Origin: Gammaproteobacteria bacterium
Lineage (GTDB): Bacteria > Pseudomonadota > Gammaproteobacteria > Poriferisulfidales > GCA-002705445
Direction of reading: 5' to 3'
DNA length: 64,000 nucleotides
NCBI GenBank assembly: GCA_038114285.1
Contig: JAYNQN010000007.1
Coordinates: 4,786 to 68,785 of the forward strand
Shown: piece by piece, positions 50,898 to 59,902 of the stretch
Layout of the letters: each line of letters begins with the position of its first letter
Numbering within the stretch: position 1 is the first letter of the stretch
Notes under the pieces: generated by a model
What the model saw: only the letters and a program-made list of their open reading frames with translations
What the model was told of the DNA's origin: nothing
Databases searched by the model: none
Made by a program: the position numbers and the translations under genes

Positions 50898-51709
50898 TTT
50901 GATAAGGATAATAAATGTTCAGGGTTAACTTTTATTTTATTCCAATAAATATTCCAATGTAAATGCGGACCGGTGGCTCTACCTGTCATTCCTACTGTAC
51001 CAATAATATCTCCTTGTTTTATAATATCTCCTTTTTTAACATTTATGTCTTGCATATGAATATACATTGATTTTAAGTTAAAGCCATGCCCGATAATTAC
51101 AATATTGCCTGTATAAAATAAACCTTTTGCAGCTAAAAGAACCTTCCCAGCGGCCGTTGCTTTTATTTCGGTTCCTATCGGTGCCGCGATATCCATACCG
51201 CCGTGAGGATTTTTTTTAACGCCATTTAGTATTCTTTGACTTCCATATATACCAGAAATTCTTCCATCTGTCGGCTTAATAAAGTTAAGAGGTAATATTG
51301 AATTTGAATAATTTTCAAGCATACTATTTTTAATTAACGCCCTATCTTCATTAATTTTTTTATAAAATTCAGGACCCGGTTGTACCATCTTTGGTGGCAG
51401 CCCATCGATTTTTTCAATTTTATATATACTTTTAGCTATTTTTAAATTGTGAGTATATTTTTTATTATTTTTTTGTATAATTTTTAAAGTAGAATTTTCT
51501 TTATGATTTCTTCCAAAACCAAAAATAAAATAACCTTGATCGCTTAATCGTAATTCTTTGTTATCGAAAATTATTTTTTCTGCAAATTTATTATGGCCAA
51601 TAATTATTCCGCCTTGAACAAATTCACCAATAAAAGTAGTTTGATTAGAAAAAGCATTTGATATCGATAAGATAATAATTAGAACTATATACTTTATTTT
51701 ATAGAACAT
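50894..51709 (-). CDS. M23 family metallopeptidase
   Basis: HxxxD and HLHW motifs plus a signal peptide. Confidence 0.8.
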   Translation of the reverse strand: MFYKIKYIVLIIILSISNAFSNQTTFIGEFVQGGIIIGHNKFAEKIIFDNKELRLSDQGYFIFGFGRNHKENSTLKIIQKNNKKYTHNLKIAKSIYKIEKIDGLPPKMVQPGPEFYKKINEDRALIKNSMLENYSNSILPLNFIKPTDGRISGIYGSQRILNGVKKNPHGGMDIAAPIGTEIKATAAGKVLLAAKGLFYTGNIVIIGHGFNLKSMYIHMQDINVKKGDIIKQGDIIGTVGMTGRATGPHLHWNIYWNKIKVNPEHLLSLSK

Positions 51710-52236
51710 TATATATTGTTCTTTAACTCTAAAATTATTTCAGCTGCATGTTTGCTTGGGTTTACTTTTTTATATATTTTGTGAATTTTCCCTGCAGGAT
51801 TAATAATAAAGGTATGTCTGCTTGCATATTTAAAGCCTACAAACGAACCAAAACTATCATATTTTTTTGCAACTTCTCCATTTATATCAGCTAATATAGG
51901 GAATGGTAAAGAATATTTATCAGAAAAATCTTTATGACTTTCTTGAGAGTCAACACTTACACCTAAAATGTTTGCTTTAAGATTGTTAATTATTTCTATA
52001 TTGTCTCTAAAGGAACAAGCTTCCGTTGTGCACCCAGGCGTGTCATCTTTTGGATAAAAATATAAAACGACCCATTGGCCACTATAATCTGTAAGTGATC
52101 TTTTAATGTTGTCTTGATCTACAAGAGTAAAGTCGGGAGCCTGCATTCCCTTTGTCAGCTCATCTTTCGCATTTGTATTGAAAACCATAACTAAAAGTAT
52201 TAAGGTAATGTAAGTAAATTTTCTTATTAAAAACAT
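51709..52236 (-). CDS. bcp: Peroxiredoxin Bcp-type (AhpC/TSA family) with a signal peptide
   Basis: FYPKDDTPGCTTEAC active site. Confidence 0.85.
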   Translation of the reverse strand: MFLIRKFTYITLILLVMVFNTNAKDELTKGMQAPDFTLVDQDNIKRSLTDYSGQWVVLYFYPKDDTPGCTTEACSFRDNIEIINNLKANILGVSVDSQESHKDFSDKYSLPFPILADINGEVAKKYDSFGSFVGFKYASRHTFIINPAGKIHKIYKKVNPSKHAAEIILELKNNI

Positions 52237-52242
52237 AATCTT

Positions 52243-52752
52243 ATGATATCAAAAATTAAAACTACTTGCCTAATTATTTTATTTTGTTCAGTAAATGTAC
52301 ATTGTTTTGCTTATGAATATATCCCAGATGTGATTTATGCAAAAGTTATTAAAATAGTTGATGGTGATACTATTTACTTAGAACATAAAAAATATGGAAA
52401 AATAAAGGTAAGATTGGCAGAAATAGATACTCCGGAAAGAGATCAGCCGTACGGTAAAAAAGCAACAGCTGTATTAAAAAAAATGATTTTAAAGAAATCT
52501 GTAGAATTGCATAAGGTTACTATAGGTAAATATAAGAGACTAGTTGGAATTATTTATCTTAATAATTTAGAAATCAATTATTACTTAGTAAGAAACGGTT
52601 TTGCATGGTGTTTTGATAAATATCCTTATCGTGAAAAAATAAAAAAAGCAGAAAACCAAGCAAGATCAGAAGAGATTGGCCTATGGTCAAGTAAAGAAAA
52701 GCCTATAGCACCATGGAACTGGAGAAAAAACAAAAAGAAAGTTAATGAATAA
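52243..52752 (+). CDS. Secreted thermonuclease (SNase-like)
   Basis: 169 aa with a signal peptide and an SNase fold motif DGDT...RLAEIDTPE. Confidence 0.75.
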   Translation: MISKIKTTCLIILFCSVNVHCFAYEYIPDVIYAKVIKIVDGDTIYLEHKKYGKIKVRLAEIDTPERDQPYGKKATAVLKKMILKKSVELHKVTIGKYKRLVGIIYLNNLEINYYLVRNGFAWCFDKYPYREKIKKAENQARSEEIGLWSSKEKPIAPWNWRKNKKKVNE

Positions 52753-53425
52753 CCAAGAAAAAATATATAGCATTTTACTTGTTTTCTTTATAACTATGAT
52801 AGTTTTAACCAATATTATCGGCGTAAAGTTATTTGAAATATTTCCGAATCTTTTAAAAAATCCTATTACTTTAACTACTGGTATTATTACTTATCCAATA
52901 ACATTTTTAATTACAGATATTGTTTGTGAAGTTTTCGGCAAGAAGAAAGCTAGTTTGATGGTAGTTTTTGGATTTTTTGCAAGTTTATTGTCTCTCTTTT
53001 TTATAAATATCTCAGTAATCCTTCCAGGATCTGAAGTTTGGATAAATAATTCTTTAGGATATAAATCAGTGTATGAAATGCAAACTGCTTATGAGTCAGT
53101 ATTTACATTACCAGGATTTTTAATATCTGCCTCTATGTTGGCATATTTAGTATCACAATTAATTGATGTTCGTATTTTTCATTTTTTAAAAAATTTAACA
53201 AATGGGAAAAAATTATGGCTAAGGAACAATATATCAACAATTTTTTCGCAGTTAGTTGATACAATTATTGTTAACACAATATTTTTATATTTAGGATTAA
53301 ATTTAGAGTGGAGCATTATAATAGAGATTATAATTGCTAGTTATATTTTTAAAGTTTTGATAGCAATGTTAGATACGCCATTAGTATATATTGGGGTAAA
53401 ATATATTAGGAGATATGTTAATTAG
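52745..53425 (+). CDS. YhhQ/DUF165-family queuosine-precursor transporter
   Basis: 226 aa with six TM segments. The family assignment is from recall. Confidence 0.55.
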   Translation: MNNQEKIYSILLVFFITMIVLTNIIGVKLFEIFPNLLKNPITLTTGIITYPITFLITDIVCEVFGKKKASLMVVFGFFASLLSLFFINISVILPGSEVWINNSLGYKSVYEMQTAYESVFTLPGFLISASMLAYLVSQLIDVRIFHFLKNLTNGKKLWLRNNISTIFSQLVDTIIVNTIFLYLGLNLEWSIIIEIIIASYIFKVLIAMLDTPLVYIGVKYIRRYVN

Positions 53426-54176
53426 ATTTATTAATTTTTTTTTTCACCTTTAAATCAACGTATTTCATTACTGTTGTTTCATATCTTAGAAGTGCCAATG
53501 TAAAACCTACCGCTCCATCAAGAAAACCTAGTTTTAAGAAATACATTTTAATAAATGCCCAATATCCTCTTAGTATACCTATAAATAGACCACCAGTTTT
53601 TTTACTAACATTTTGTGTGCTCCATGCGTCAATATATAAGCTCATTTTTTGATAGTAATCTTTCATACTTTTATATGTATCATGATAAAGAATCCCAGAA
53701 ATTTTCACAGGCTTATGATCTTCAGGAATTATCAAAGTTTCATGTACCAAGGCATCATTATATGTAGTTAAATTATTAGGATAAATTCTATTAATCCAAT
53801 CAGGAAACCATCCAGAATGTCTTATTTCACAACCAAAAGCCTTGCTTAATCTATTTATTTGATAAATTTTTGGTTCTTTATTGATAATTCTTTTAACTGA
53901 TTTTTGTAAATCTTCACTAATTTCTTCGTCTGCATCAAGCATAAATATCCAATCTGAGGTTGAGAGTTTTTGAGCATTTTGACGTTGCTTGCCAAAGCCT
54001 GGCCAAGATGATGATTTATGAATATTATTAGTATATTTTTTTGCTATCTCTAGTGTGCGGTCAGTGCTTCCAGAATCTAATATAATTATTTCATTAGCCC
54101 AAACCGAACTTTTAAGAGCTCTTTCAATAAACTCTTCACCATTTTTAACAATTATTATAATGCTTATAGTTTTCAT
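53418..54176 (-). CDS. Family 2 glycosyltransferase
   Basis: The N-terminus ISIIIIVKNGE...DSGSTD is GT2. The likely start is MKTISIII at 54176. The track start at 54200 would run into the tRNA. Confidence 0.75.
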   Translation of the reverse strand: MKTISIIIIVKNGEEFIERALKSSVWANEIIILDSGSTDRTLEIAKKYTNNIHKSSSWPGFGKQRQNAQKLSTSDWIFMLDADEEISEDLQKSVKRIINKEPKIYQINRLSKAFGCEIRHSGWFPDWINRIYPNNLTTYNDALVHETLIIPEDHKPVKISGILYHDTYKSMKDYYQKMSLYIDAWSTQNVSKKTGGLFIGILRGYWAFIKMYFLKLGFLDGAVGFTLALLRYETTVMKYVDLKVKKKINKSN

Positions 54177-54199
54177 CTTTAAGAAAATTATAGCATACA

Positions 54200-54276
54200 T
54201 GGTGGCCCCGGTAGGACTCGAACCTACGACAAATGGATTATGAGTCCACTGCTCTAACCAACTGAGCTACAGGGCC
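54200..54276 (-). tRNA. tRNA with CAU anticodon (elongator Met or lysidine-modified Ile2)
   Basis: GGCCCTGTAGCTCAGTTGGTTAGAGCAGTGGACTCATAATCCATTTGTCGTAGGTTCGAGTCCTACCGGGGCCACCA. A G1:C72 pair means it is not an initiator. The 3' CCA is encoded. Confidence 0.85.
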
Positions 54277-54358
54277 ATGTAAGATAAAAGTTAACATTAA
54301 TTAAAAATAGATTATATCACAATTACTTTTAAAAACTTCTTGAATAAGCGAGGTTTAA

Positions 54359-54393
54359 ATAAAAAAACCACCATCTAGGTTTCTAAATGGTGG
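54359..54393 (-). terminator. Rho-independent terminator of the His-rich OMP gene
   Basis: On the minus strand CCACCAT-loop-ATGGTGG is followed by T7. Confidence 0.7.
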
Positions 54394-54422
54394 ATTTATT
54401 AGAAGTCCGAAGTATTTACAAT

Positions 54423-55574
54423 TTATAGCTCATAAACGTATTTAAGGCCTAAACCAAATCTTTCTGTAACTTCATCTTCTTCGTCTGTGCGCTTAAATCC
54501 AAAGTCTACGATTAAAGAGTTAGATATAGCATAACCAACTGAAATCTGAAGTAACTTCCCATCATGATTTTCGTCTGGTTCTTCTGGCGCATCGTTATCA
54601 ACAAATGTATATGTAGTAGCAAAATTCCAAGGATACATTTTTAAACCTAAAGAAGTTGTGAAATATGTTCTATCATGTGCCTCTTCTCCAGAATAATGCT
54701 CAATATCCATATATTCAAAAATTAAAGTTTTGCTTATTCCTTTTGAAAAGTTTTCTTTATAGCCAGCTGATATAGAGTATCTAACTTCATCTTCTTCGTT
54801 ACCTATTCCTGCTTTTTGAAAAGCATAGCCAAGTCTATAAAAAATCCTTTCTGCTATATTGTTATCTAACGAATAAAATTCCTTACCGCTGATAGATATT
54901 GCATATGAATCAAAGTCTTCTGTATTTGCTAACCCTCCATCTTCCTTACTTGTGTGACCTCTTTGATCAATTAAGGAATCACTTAAGAATGTTGTATCAG
55001 CAAAGAAAGAGCTAATATTTATTTGATGGGTACCAAAGTCTTCAAGATTTGCAGAATATTTGAACCCTGCCCCAATGCGCTCTGCAATTTTATATTCCTC
55101 AATCATTGAGTATGAATAAAGTCCTGGGAAGCTATGATAATCTAGACCAACTTTAGGGTTAAATTTTCCTATATACGCCGAAAAGTTTTCATTGCTGTAA
55201 GTTAAAGTTAAGCTTTCAACAACTAATGGATGATCTTCAAAAAATCTACTATTACCATCATGTGTTCTTCTAATGCCACCATGTGAGTGACCGCCGGGCT
55301 CACCTTCAATCTTGAGGTTTGTGTCAATATTAAAACCTTCTGCAATCCTTGATCCAAGCTCTATGTGAGAATGAGTGTAAATTTCATTAACTTCTTCATC
55401 GCCCTCGCCTGCATCACTAATATGATCAGCATGAAGACGTATACTAATATGCCCATAAAAAGGTTCATCTGAGTGTGCTGAATGATCATGATCATGCTCG
55501 TCATCTGCTGCAAAACTAACACCTTGAAAAAGGAAAGCTAGTATAAAAAATTTTATAAGTAATTTTATTTTCAT
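54423..55574 (-). CDS. His-rich outer-membrane beta-barrel protein, putatively Zur-regulated
   Basis: Signal peptide. The mature N-terminus is ADDEHDHDHSAHSDE, with further His clusters. Beta-strand periodicity and a C-terminal aromatic-rich YVYEL. A Zur box lies 34 nt upstream. Confidence 0.55.
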   Translation of the reverse strand: MKIKLLIKFFILAFLFQGVSFAADDEHDHDHSAHSDEPFYGHISIRLHADHISDAGEGDEEVNEIYTHSHIELGSRIAEGFNIDTNLKIEGEPGGHSHGGIRRTHDGNSRFFEDHPLVVESLTLTYSNENFSAYIGKFNPKVGLDYHSFPGLYSYSMIEEYKIAERIGAGFKYSANLEDFGTHQINISSFFADTTFLSDSLIDQRGHTSKEDGGLANTEDFDSYAISISGKEFYSLDNNIAERIFYRLGYAFQKAGIGNEEDEVRYSISAGYKENFSKGISKTLIFEYMDIEHYSGEEAHDRTYFTTSLGLKMYPWNFATTYTFVDNDAPEEPDENHDGKLLQISVGYAISNSLIVDFGFKRTDEEDEVTERFGLGLKYVYEL

Positions 55575-55607
55575 TGATTTTTACGCTCGATTATTATGTA
55601 AGCACGT

Positions 55608-55626
55608 AATGTTATATTATAACATT
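55608..55626. promoter_or_regulatory. Zur box palindrome AATGTTATATTATAACATT
   Basis: Perfect inverted repeat matching the gammaproteobacterial Zur consensus core. It sits in the promoter of the His-rich OMP. Confidence 0.65.
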
Positions 55627-55660
55627 TAATTGTCAACAATTAATCCTTTGTTGTTTAGCT

Positions 55661-56458
55661 TTAGGGATTTTTTTTAGAAATAAATGAGAAGATTGATACA
55701 AATATAAATATTATAGTAGATGCGACAACTATCGAAGGCCCAGATGGAGTATCTAAATATAAAGAACTATAAATTCCAATAATAACTGCTAGTACAGCTA
55801 ATGCTGAAGAAATTATTGCCATATTTTCAGGGGAATTAGCAAGTTGTCTAGAAGTAGCAGCAGGAATAATTAGTAAAGATGTTATAAGTAGCAAACCAAC
55901 AATTTTAAACGAAACAGCAACAACAATGGTCATTAGTAACATTATTAGCAATTGATTTAGCAAAACATTAATACCTTCTGCTCTAGCTAATTTTTCATCA
56001 ATTGTCATTAAAACAAAAGAAGACCAATTGAAATAAATAAAAACTGATACAAGAAATCCTCCAAATATAATGAGATATATTTCAGTAGCTGTAACAGCCA
56101 AAATATCGCCGAATAAATAGGAGTGAAGATCAATACTGTTCTCAAGCAAGCTTAAAGTTACCATCCCAACCGAGAGGGCTGAGTGAGCTAGAATTCCTAG
56201 AAGTGTATCAGTCGCTAAAATATTCTTCTGTTGTAACCAAATTAAAACAACAGCAAAAATAGAGCATATAATTATCGTGCCTAAGTTGGTACTAATTCCC
56301 ATAACAAGGCCTAGGGCAACACCAAGTAAAGCACTATGAGCTAAGGAGTCACCGAAATATGCCATTTTCCTCCAAACGACAAAGCACCCAATAGCCCCAG
56401 CAATTATGGCAACACCTATTCCGGCAATTATTGCCCTGATGATAAATGCTTCAGTCAT
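55661..56458 (-). CDS. znuB: Zinc ABC transporter permease
   Basis: 265 aa polytopic protein. Confidence 0.9.
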   Translation of the reverse strand: MTEAFIIRAIIAGIGVAIIAGAIGCFVVWRKMAYFGDSLAHSALLGVALGLVMGISTNLGTIIICSIFAVVLIWLQQKNILATDTLLGILAHSALSVGMVTLSLLENSIDLHSYLFGDILAVTATEIYLIIFGGFLVSVFIYFNWSSFVLMTIDEKLARAEGINVLLNQLLIMLLMTIVVAVSFKIVGLLLITSLLIIPAATSRQLANSPENMAIISSALAVLAVIIGIYSSLYLDTPSGPSIVVASTIIFIFVSIFSFISKKNP

Positions 56459-57179
56459 TTATTATCTCTTGATGAGAATGATTATGTGTATGCTGATATA
56501 CAGACATCATCTTTGCCATATCGTTACCAAATAATGATATAAACTCAGGGTCTTTTGCGACTATTTGTGGTTCTCCTGAACAGCATACATGATGATATAA
56601 ACATATAACCTGTCTTGTTGAGGACATTACCATATGAAGATCATGGGAAACCATAAGAATACTTAAGTCTCTATCTTTATAAATTTTGTTTAGTAGATTA
56701 TAGAAATTTAATTGATTTTTTATATCAAGATTTTGAGCTGGCTCATCTAGAATAAGTAATTCTGGTTTATTCAAAAGGCTTCTTGCTAAAAGTACTTTTT
56801 GGAGCTCACCTCCAGATAATGTTGACAAGTGTTTACCAAGAATTTCTGAGATATTTGTTTCTCTTGAAATGTCTATCAATTCTTTAGATGTGAATTTTTT
56901 TTTTAATGTTAAGAATCTTTTTACACTAATTGGCATAGAATTATCTGGAGAAAAATTTTGTGGTATATAGCCAATAGAAAGATTATTTTTTTTTATTATC
57001 TTGCCACTATCTGGCAAAAAAGAACCCATTAAGCATTCTAGTAAAACAGATTTTCCCGCACCATTTGGACCAATGATAGTTATAAAATCATTTTTTTTAA
57101 TATTAACAAATACGTTTTCTAAAATATTTTTATTATTTCTATTAACGCATAAATTTTTGGCTTCAATTAAAAGAGACAT
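56451..57179 (-). CDS. znuC: Zinc ABC transporter ATPase
   Basis: Walker A GPNGAGKS and LSGGE. Confidence 0.9.
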   Translation of the reverse strand: MSLLIEAKNLCVNRNNKNILENVFVNIKKNDFITIIGPNGAGKSVLLECLMGSFLPDSGKIIKKNNLSIGYIPQNFSPDNSMPISVKRFLTLKKKFTSKELIDISRETNISEILGKHLSTLSGGELQKVLLARSLLNKPELLILDEPAQNLDIKNQLNFYNLLNKIYKDRDLSILMVSHDLHMVMSSTRQVICLYHHVCCSGEPQIVAKDPEFISLFGNDMAKMMSVYQHTHNHSHQEIIND

Positions 57180-57638
57180 TTAATTAATACATTCCTGGCA
57201 AACGCCCGAGATTTCAAATGTGACTTGATTTGGCTTGAAATTATTTTTTACTGTTGTAGATGTAACAACTTTATCTATCTTTTCTGAGCAACACTCTTCT
57301 ATGTTTTGGCATTTTTTGCAAATTAAAAAATAACATTCTTTGTGTTCATTGGGGTGAGCGCAGCCTATGTAAGCGTTTAAACTTTGAATTTTATGGATAA
57401 AGCCATTTTCTATTAAAAAATCTAGAGTTCTATATATAGTTGGTGGTTTCGCCGCAGGATCAATTTGTTTCAGTTCTTCAAGAAGATCATATGCTTTAAC
57501 ATAACTGTGACTTTTCCATATAAGCTTTAAAACTCTTTGTCTAAGCTTAGTTAACTTGAGTTCTTTTTGTTTACATATAGTCTCAACTTTTTTTAATGTT
57601 TCGTTGACACATGTTTTATGATTCTTACAAGTGCTCAT
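57180..57638 (-). CDS. zur: Zinc uptake regulator (Fur family)
   Basis: C-terminal CxxC...CQEC. The likely ATG start is at 57638. The track start is a TTG 4 codons further upstream. Confidence 0.8.
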   Translation of the reverse strand: MSTCKNHKTCVNETLKKVETICKQKELKLTKLRQRVLKLIWKSHSYVKAYDLLEELKQIDPAAKPPTIYRTLDFLIENGFIHKIQSLNAYIGCAHPNEHKECYFLICKKCQNIEECCSEKIDKVVTSTTVKNNFKPNQVTFEISGVCQECIN

Positions 57639-57666
57639 TTTTCCCCACAATGATGTTGAATTAAAT

Positions 57667-57683
57667 TATGTTATAATATAACA
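57667..57683. promoter_or_regulatory. Zur box palindrome ATGTTATAATATAACAT
   Basis: Perfect 17-bp palindrome in the divergent zur-znuCB / znuA promoter. Confidence 0.7.
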
Positions 57684-57716
57684 TTTGTTTCAACTTATAA
57701 TCATAGGATAACATGT

Positions 57717-58625
57717 ATGTACAAAAAGACATTGTTTATAATTTTCAGTTACATTATTTATAATAATGCTTTTTCAAGCGAAATTGTCGCGAGCGTTAAA
57801 CCACTTCATTCTCTAGTGGAGGCAGTTGCTGGAGGCAAAAACTCTGTATCATTACTTATAGATGGAAGTATGTCTCCTCATAATTTTTCTCTTAAACCAT
57901 CACATGCAAAATTATTAAATAATGCAAAAATTGTATTTTATATCGATAATCAACTTGAGTCAGCGCAAAAAAAAACAATTATAGGATTGCCATCTAAAGT
58001 TAGAGTAGTAAAAGTTTCTCAAACTAAAAATCTAAAACTTTTTCCAGTAAGATCTGGAGATAATTGGGAAGAGGATGGTCATGATCACCATCGCCACCAT
58101 GATCATGGATCAAATGATGTCCACTTCTGGCTAGACCCATATAATGCTATTCAGATTATCAAAGGAATTGTTCGTCAGCTAAGCATTGTTTACCCAGAAA
58201 ATATTACTTTTTATAAAAAGAATGCAAAGAATATTATAAAAAAAATTAAGGAAACAGATAATTTTATAAAGTCTAAATTAAAGTCTATAAATGAAAAACC
58301 ATATATTGTTTTCCATGATGCTTATCAGTATTTTGAAAAAGCATATAATTTAAAACCTGTTGGCTCTATACTTTTGGACCCTGAGATACCTGCCTCACCA
58401 AAAAGAATCATCAAGATAAGATCAAAAATTAAAGCATTAAATGCAAGCTGCGTTTTTAAAGAGCCTCAGTTTAAAGCAAAAATAGTTAATACAGTAATAG
58501 AGGATATGGATGTCAATGTAGGGACTTTAGATCCGTTGGGTGCGGATTTAGACCATGGCCCAGATATGTATAATAATCTTTTAAAATCAATCGCTGATAA
58601 TTTAGTCACATGTTTAGAAATGTGA
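57717..58625 (+). CDS. znuA: Periplasmic zinc-binding protein ZnuA
   Basis: 302 aa with a His-rich loop EEDGHDHHRHHDHGSNDVHFW. Confidence 0.9.
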   Translation: MYKKTLFIIFSYIIYNNAFSSEIVASVKPLHSLVEAVAGGKNSVSLLIDGSMSPHNFSLKPSHAKLLNNAKIVFYIDNQLESAQKKTIIGLPSKVRVVKVSQTKNLKLFPVRSGDNWEEDGHDHHRHHDHGSNDVHFWLDPYNAIQIIKGIVRQLSIVYPENITFYKKNAKNIIKKIKETDNFIKSKLKSINEKPYIVFHDAYQYFEKAYNLKPVGSILLDPEIPASPKRIIKIRSKIKALNASCVFKEPQFKAKIVNTVIEDMDVNVGTLDPLGADLDHGPDMYNNLLKSIADNLVTCLEM

Positions 58626-58731
58626 ATATCAATATATAAAGATAAAATTCATAATACTAATAATAATCATTTGCAATTGAGAATGACTTGCATTATTATT
58701 ATAGAAATTAATAATATTTGAGGCAAAACAA

Positions 58732-59097
58732 ATGAAAAGAATAATTAGTTTTATGGTTTTTTTAATACTTTCCCAAAATACATTTGCAGGAAGCTATATA
58801 ACAACAAAGCATGAATTTAAATCAAAAGACTCAGATTATAATAAAACAGTTAATCAAATAAGATTTGGATATGATAAAAAGATTAAAAATTCAACATACT
58901 ACATAGAAATAGGTGGTGGAGAGACTTTACCAAATGGCAAGAGCCTTGGAAGCGGACAAAGTATAATTTCTTATGAACTAGGATTTAAAAAAAAGGTTAA
59001 TGATAAATTTTCATTCAAGATTCAATATGAAGGCAAAAATTATACTGATACATATTTAGATCATGAACTGGAGTTAGAAACAAAATATCGATTTTAA
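58732..59097 (+). CDS. Small secreted beta-rich protein with a C-terminal Phe (OMP-like)
   Basis: 121 aa with a signal peptide, alternating hydrophobic residues and terminal YRF. Confidence 0.35.
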   Translation: MKRIISFMVFLILSQNTFAGSYITTKHEFKSKDSDYNKTVNQIRFGYDKKIKNSTYYIEIGGGETLPNGKSLGSGQSIISYELGFKKKVNDKFSFKIQYEGKNYTDTYLDHELELETKYRF

Positions 59098-59123
59098 ATG
59101 AAATAAGGTGTAACATTTATTTT

Positions 59124-59699
59124 GTGAATAATCAAAATGAAAAAATATCAGATATTGAATTGTCATTAATCTCAGTTATTTCTGCATTGGAAAACAAACT
59201 TGAAGAACTTGATCATAATATTTCTTTAATATCAAAAAATAACTCCAGTTCACAGCAAAATATTTTAGCAGAAAACACAATTAACGAGAAAATTAAAACT
59301 ATTGAAAATAGAATATCTTCTTTAGAAAAAATAATTAAAGATAAAACTTCAGAGGCTCAAATTAAAAAATATAATAATACAATGCCATCCAGAAAAATAC
59401 TTTATTCATCAAAAAAAGGATATGCGGCTGCTGAAAATTTAAGATTAAAAAGAATAGAAAATATTGAAAACACATTAAATGATCTTCTAAAAAAAATTAA
59501 AGATAATCCATTAGACTCTAAAAATATTTCTAATAATGTCTCAAGAAATTCAGGACATAATTCTTATAGTTACGAAGTTACCCCAGAAGAATTTCATAAA
59601 AACTCAAAAAGAATATTTTTTGGATTTATTTTCTCCATCTCTATAGTATTTTTATTGTTGTTAGTAGTAACTAATCCAAATATTTTTATAGGATTTTGA
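59124..59699 (+). CDS. Coiled-coil protein with a C-terminal transmembrane anchor
   Basis: 191 aa with a heptad-like N-terminal region and the C-terminal hydrophobic helix FFGFIFSISIVFLLLLVV. Confidence 0.35.
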   Translation: MNNQNEKISDIELSLISVISALENKLEELDHNISLISKNNSSSQQNILAENTINEKIKTIENRISSLEKIIKDKTSEAQIKKYNNTMPSRKILYSSKKGYAAAENLRLKRIENIENTLNDLLKKIKDNPLDSKNISNNVSRNSGHNSYSYEVTPEEFHKNSKRIFFGFIFSISIVFLLLLVVTNPNIFIGF

Positions 59700-59712
59700 T
59701 AGGGTACTTAAC

Positions 59713-59901
59713 TTGAATTTTATTATAAATTTCTTTTTATTTTTTATTGGATTATTTATAAAAATGTTTTCTTATACAATACTAACATTTTTATTTATTT
59801 TTTTAGGTTTGATATTTTTTTTATATATTTATTTTGGAGAAGAAATTGTATTTATTATAGAAAAATTTCATGAAACAATACCGCAATCTATACCTATATA
59901 A
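59713..59901 (+). CDS. Possible small membrane protein
   Basis: 62 aa and very hydrophobic. Only AT-richness and its position support it. Confidence 0.15.
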   Translation: MNFIINFFLFFIGLFIKMFSYTILTFLFIFLGLIFFLYIYFGEEIVFIIEKFHETIPQSIPI

Positions 59902-59902
59902 T

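Noticed and set aside
49151-54276. tRNA-adjacent block (GT2, yhhQ, nuclease, bcp, M23, Ldt, ampG) as a genomic island
   Set aside because: There is no integrase, no direct repeat of the tRNA 3' end and no compositional shift. The genes are ordinary cell-envelope housekeeping.
54368-54400. Plus-strand terminator from the same hairpin
   Set aside because: The T-tract sits on the minus-strand side only. The hairpin terminates the minus-strand OMP gene.
58657-58700. Inverted repeat after znuA as a rho-independent terminator
   Set aside because: The stem is almost pure A/T with no GC clamp and no downstream U-tract. An operator-like palindrome is more plausible.
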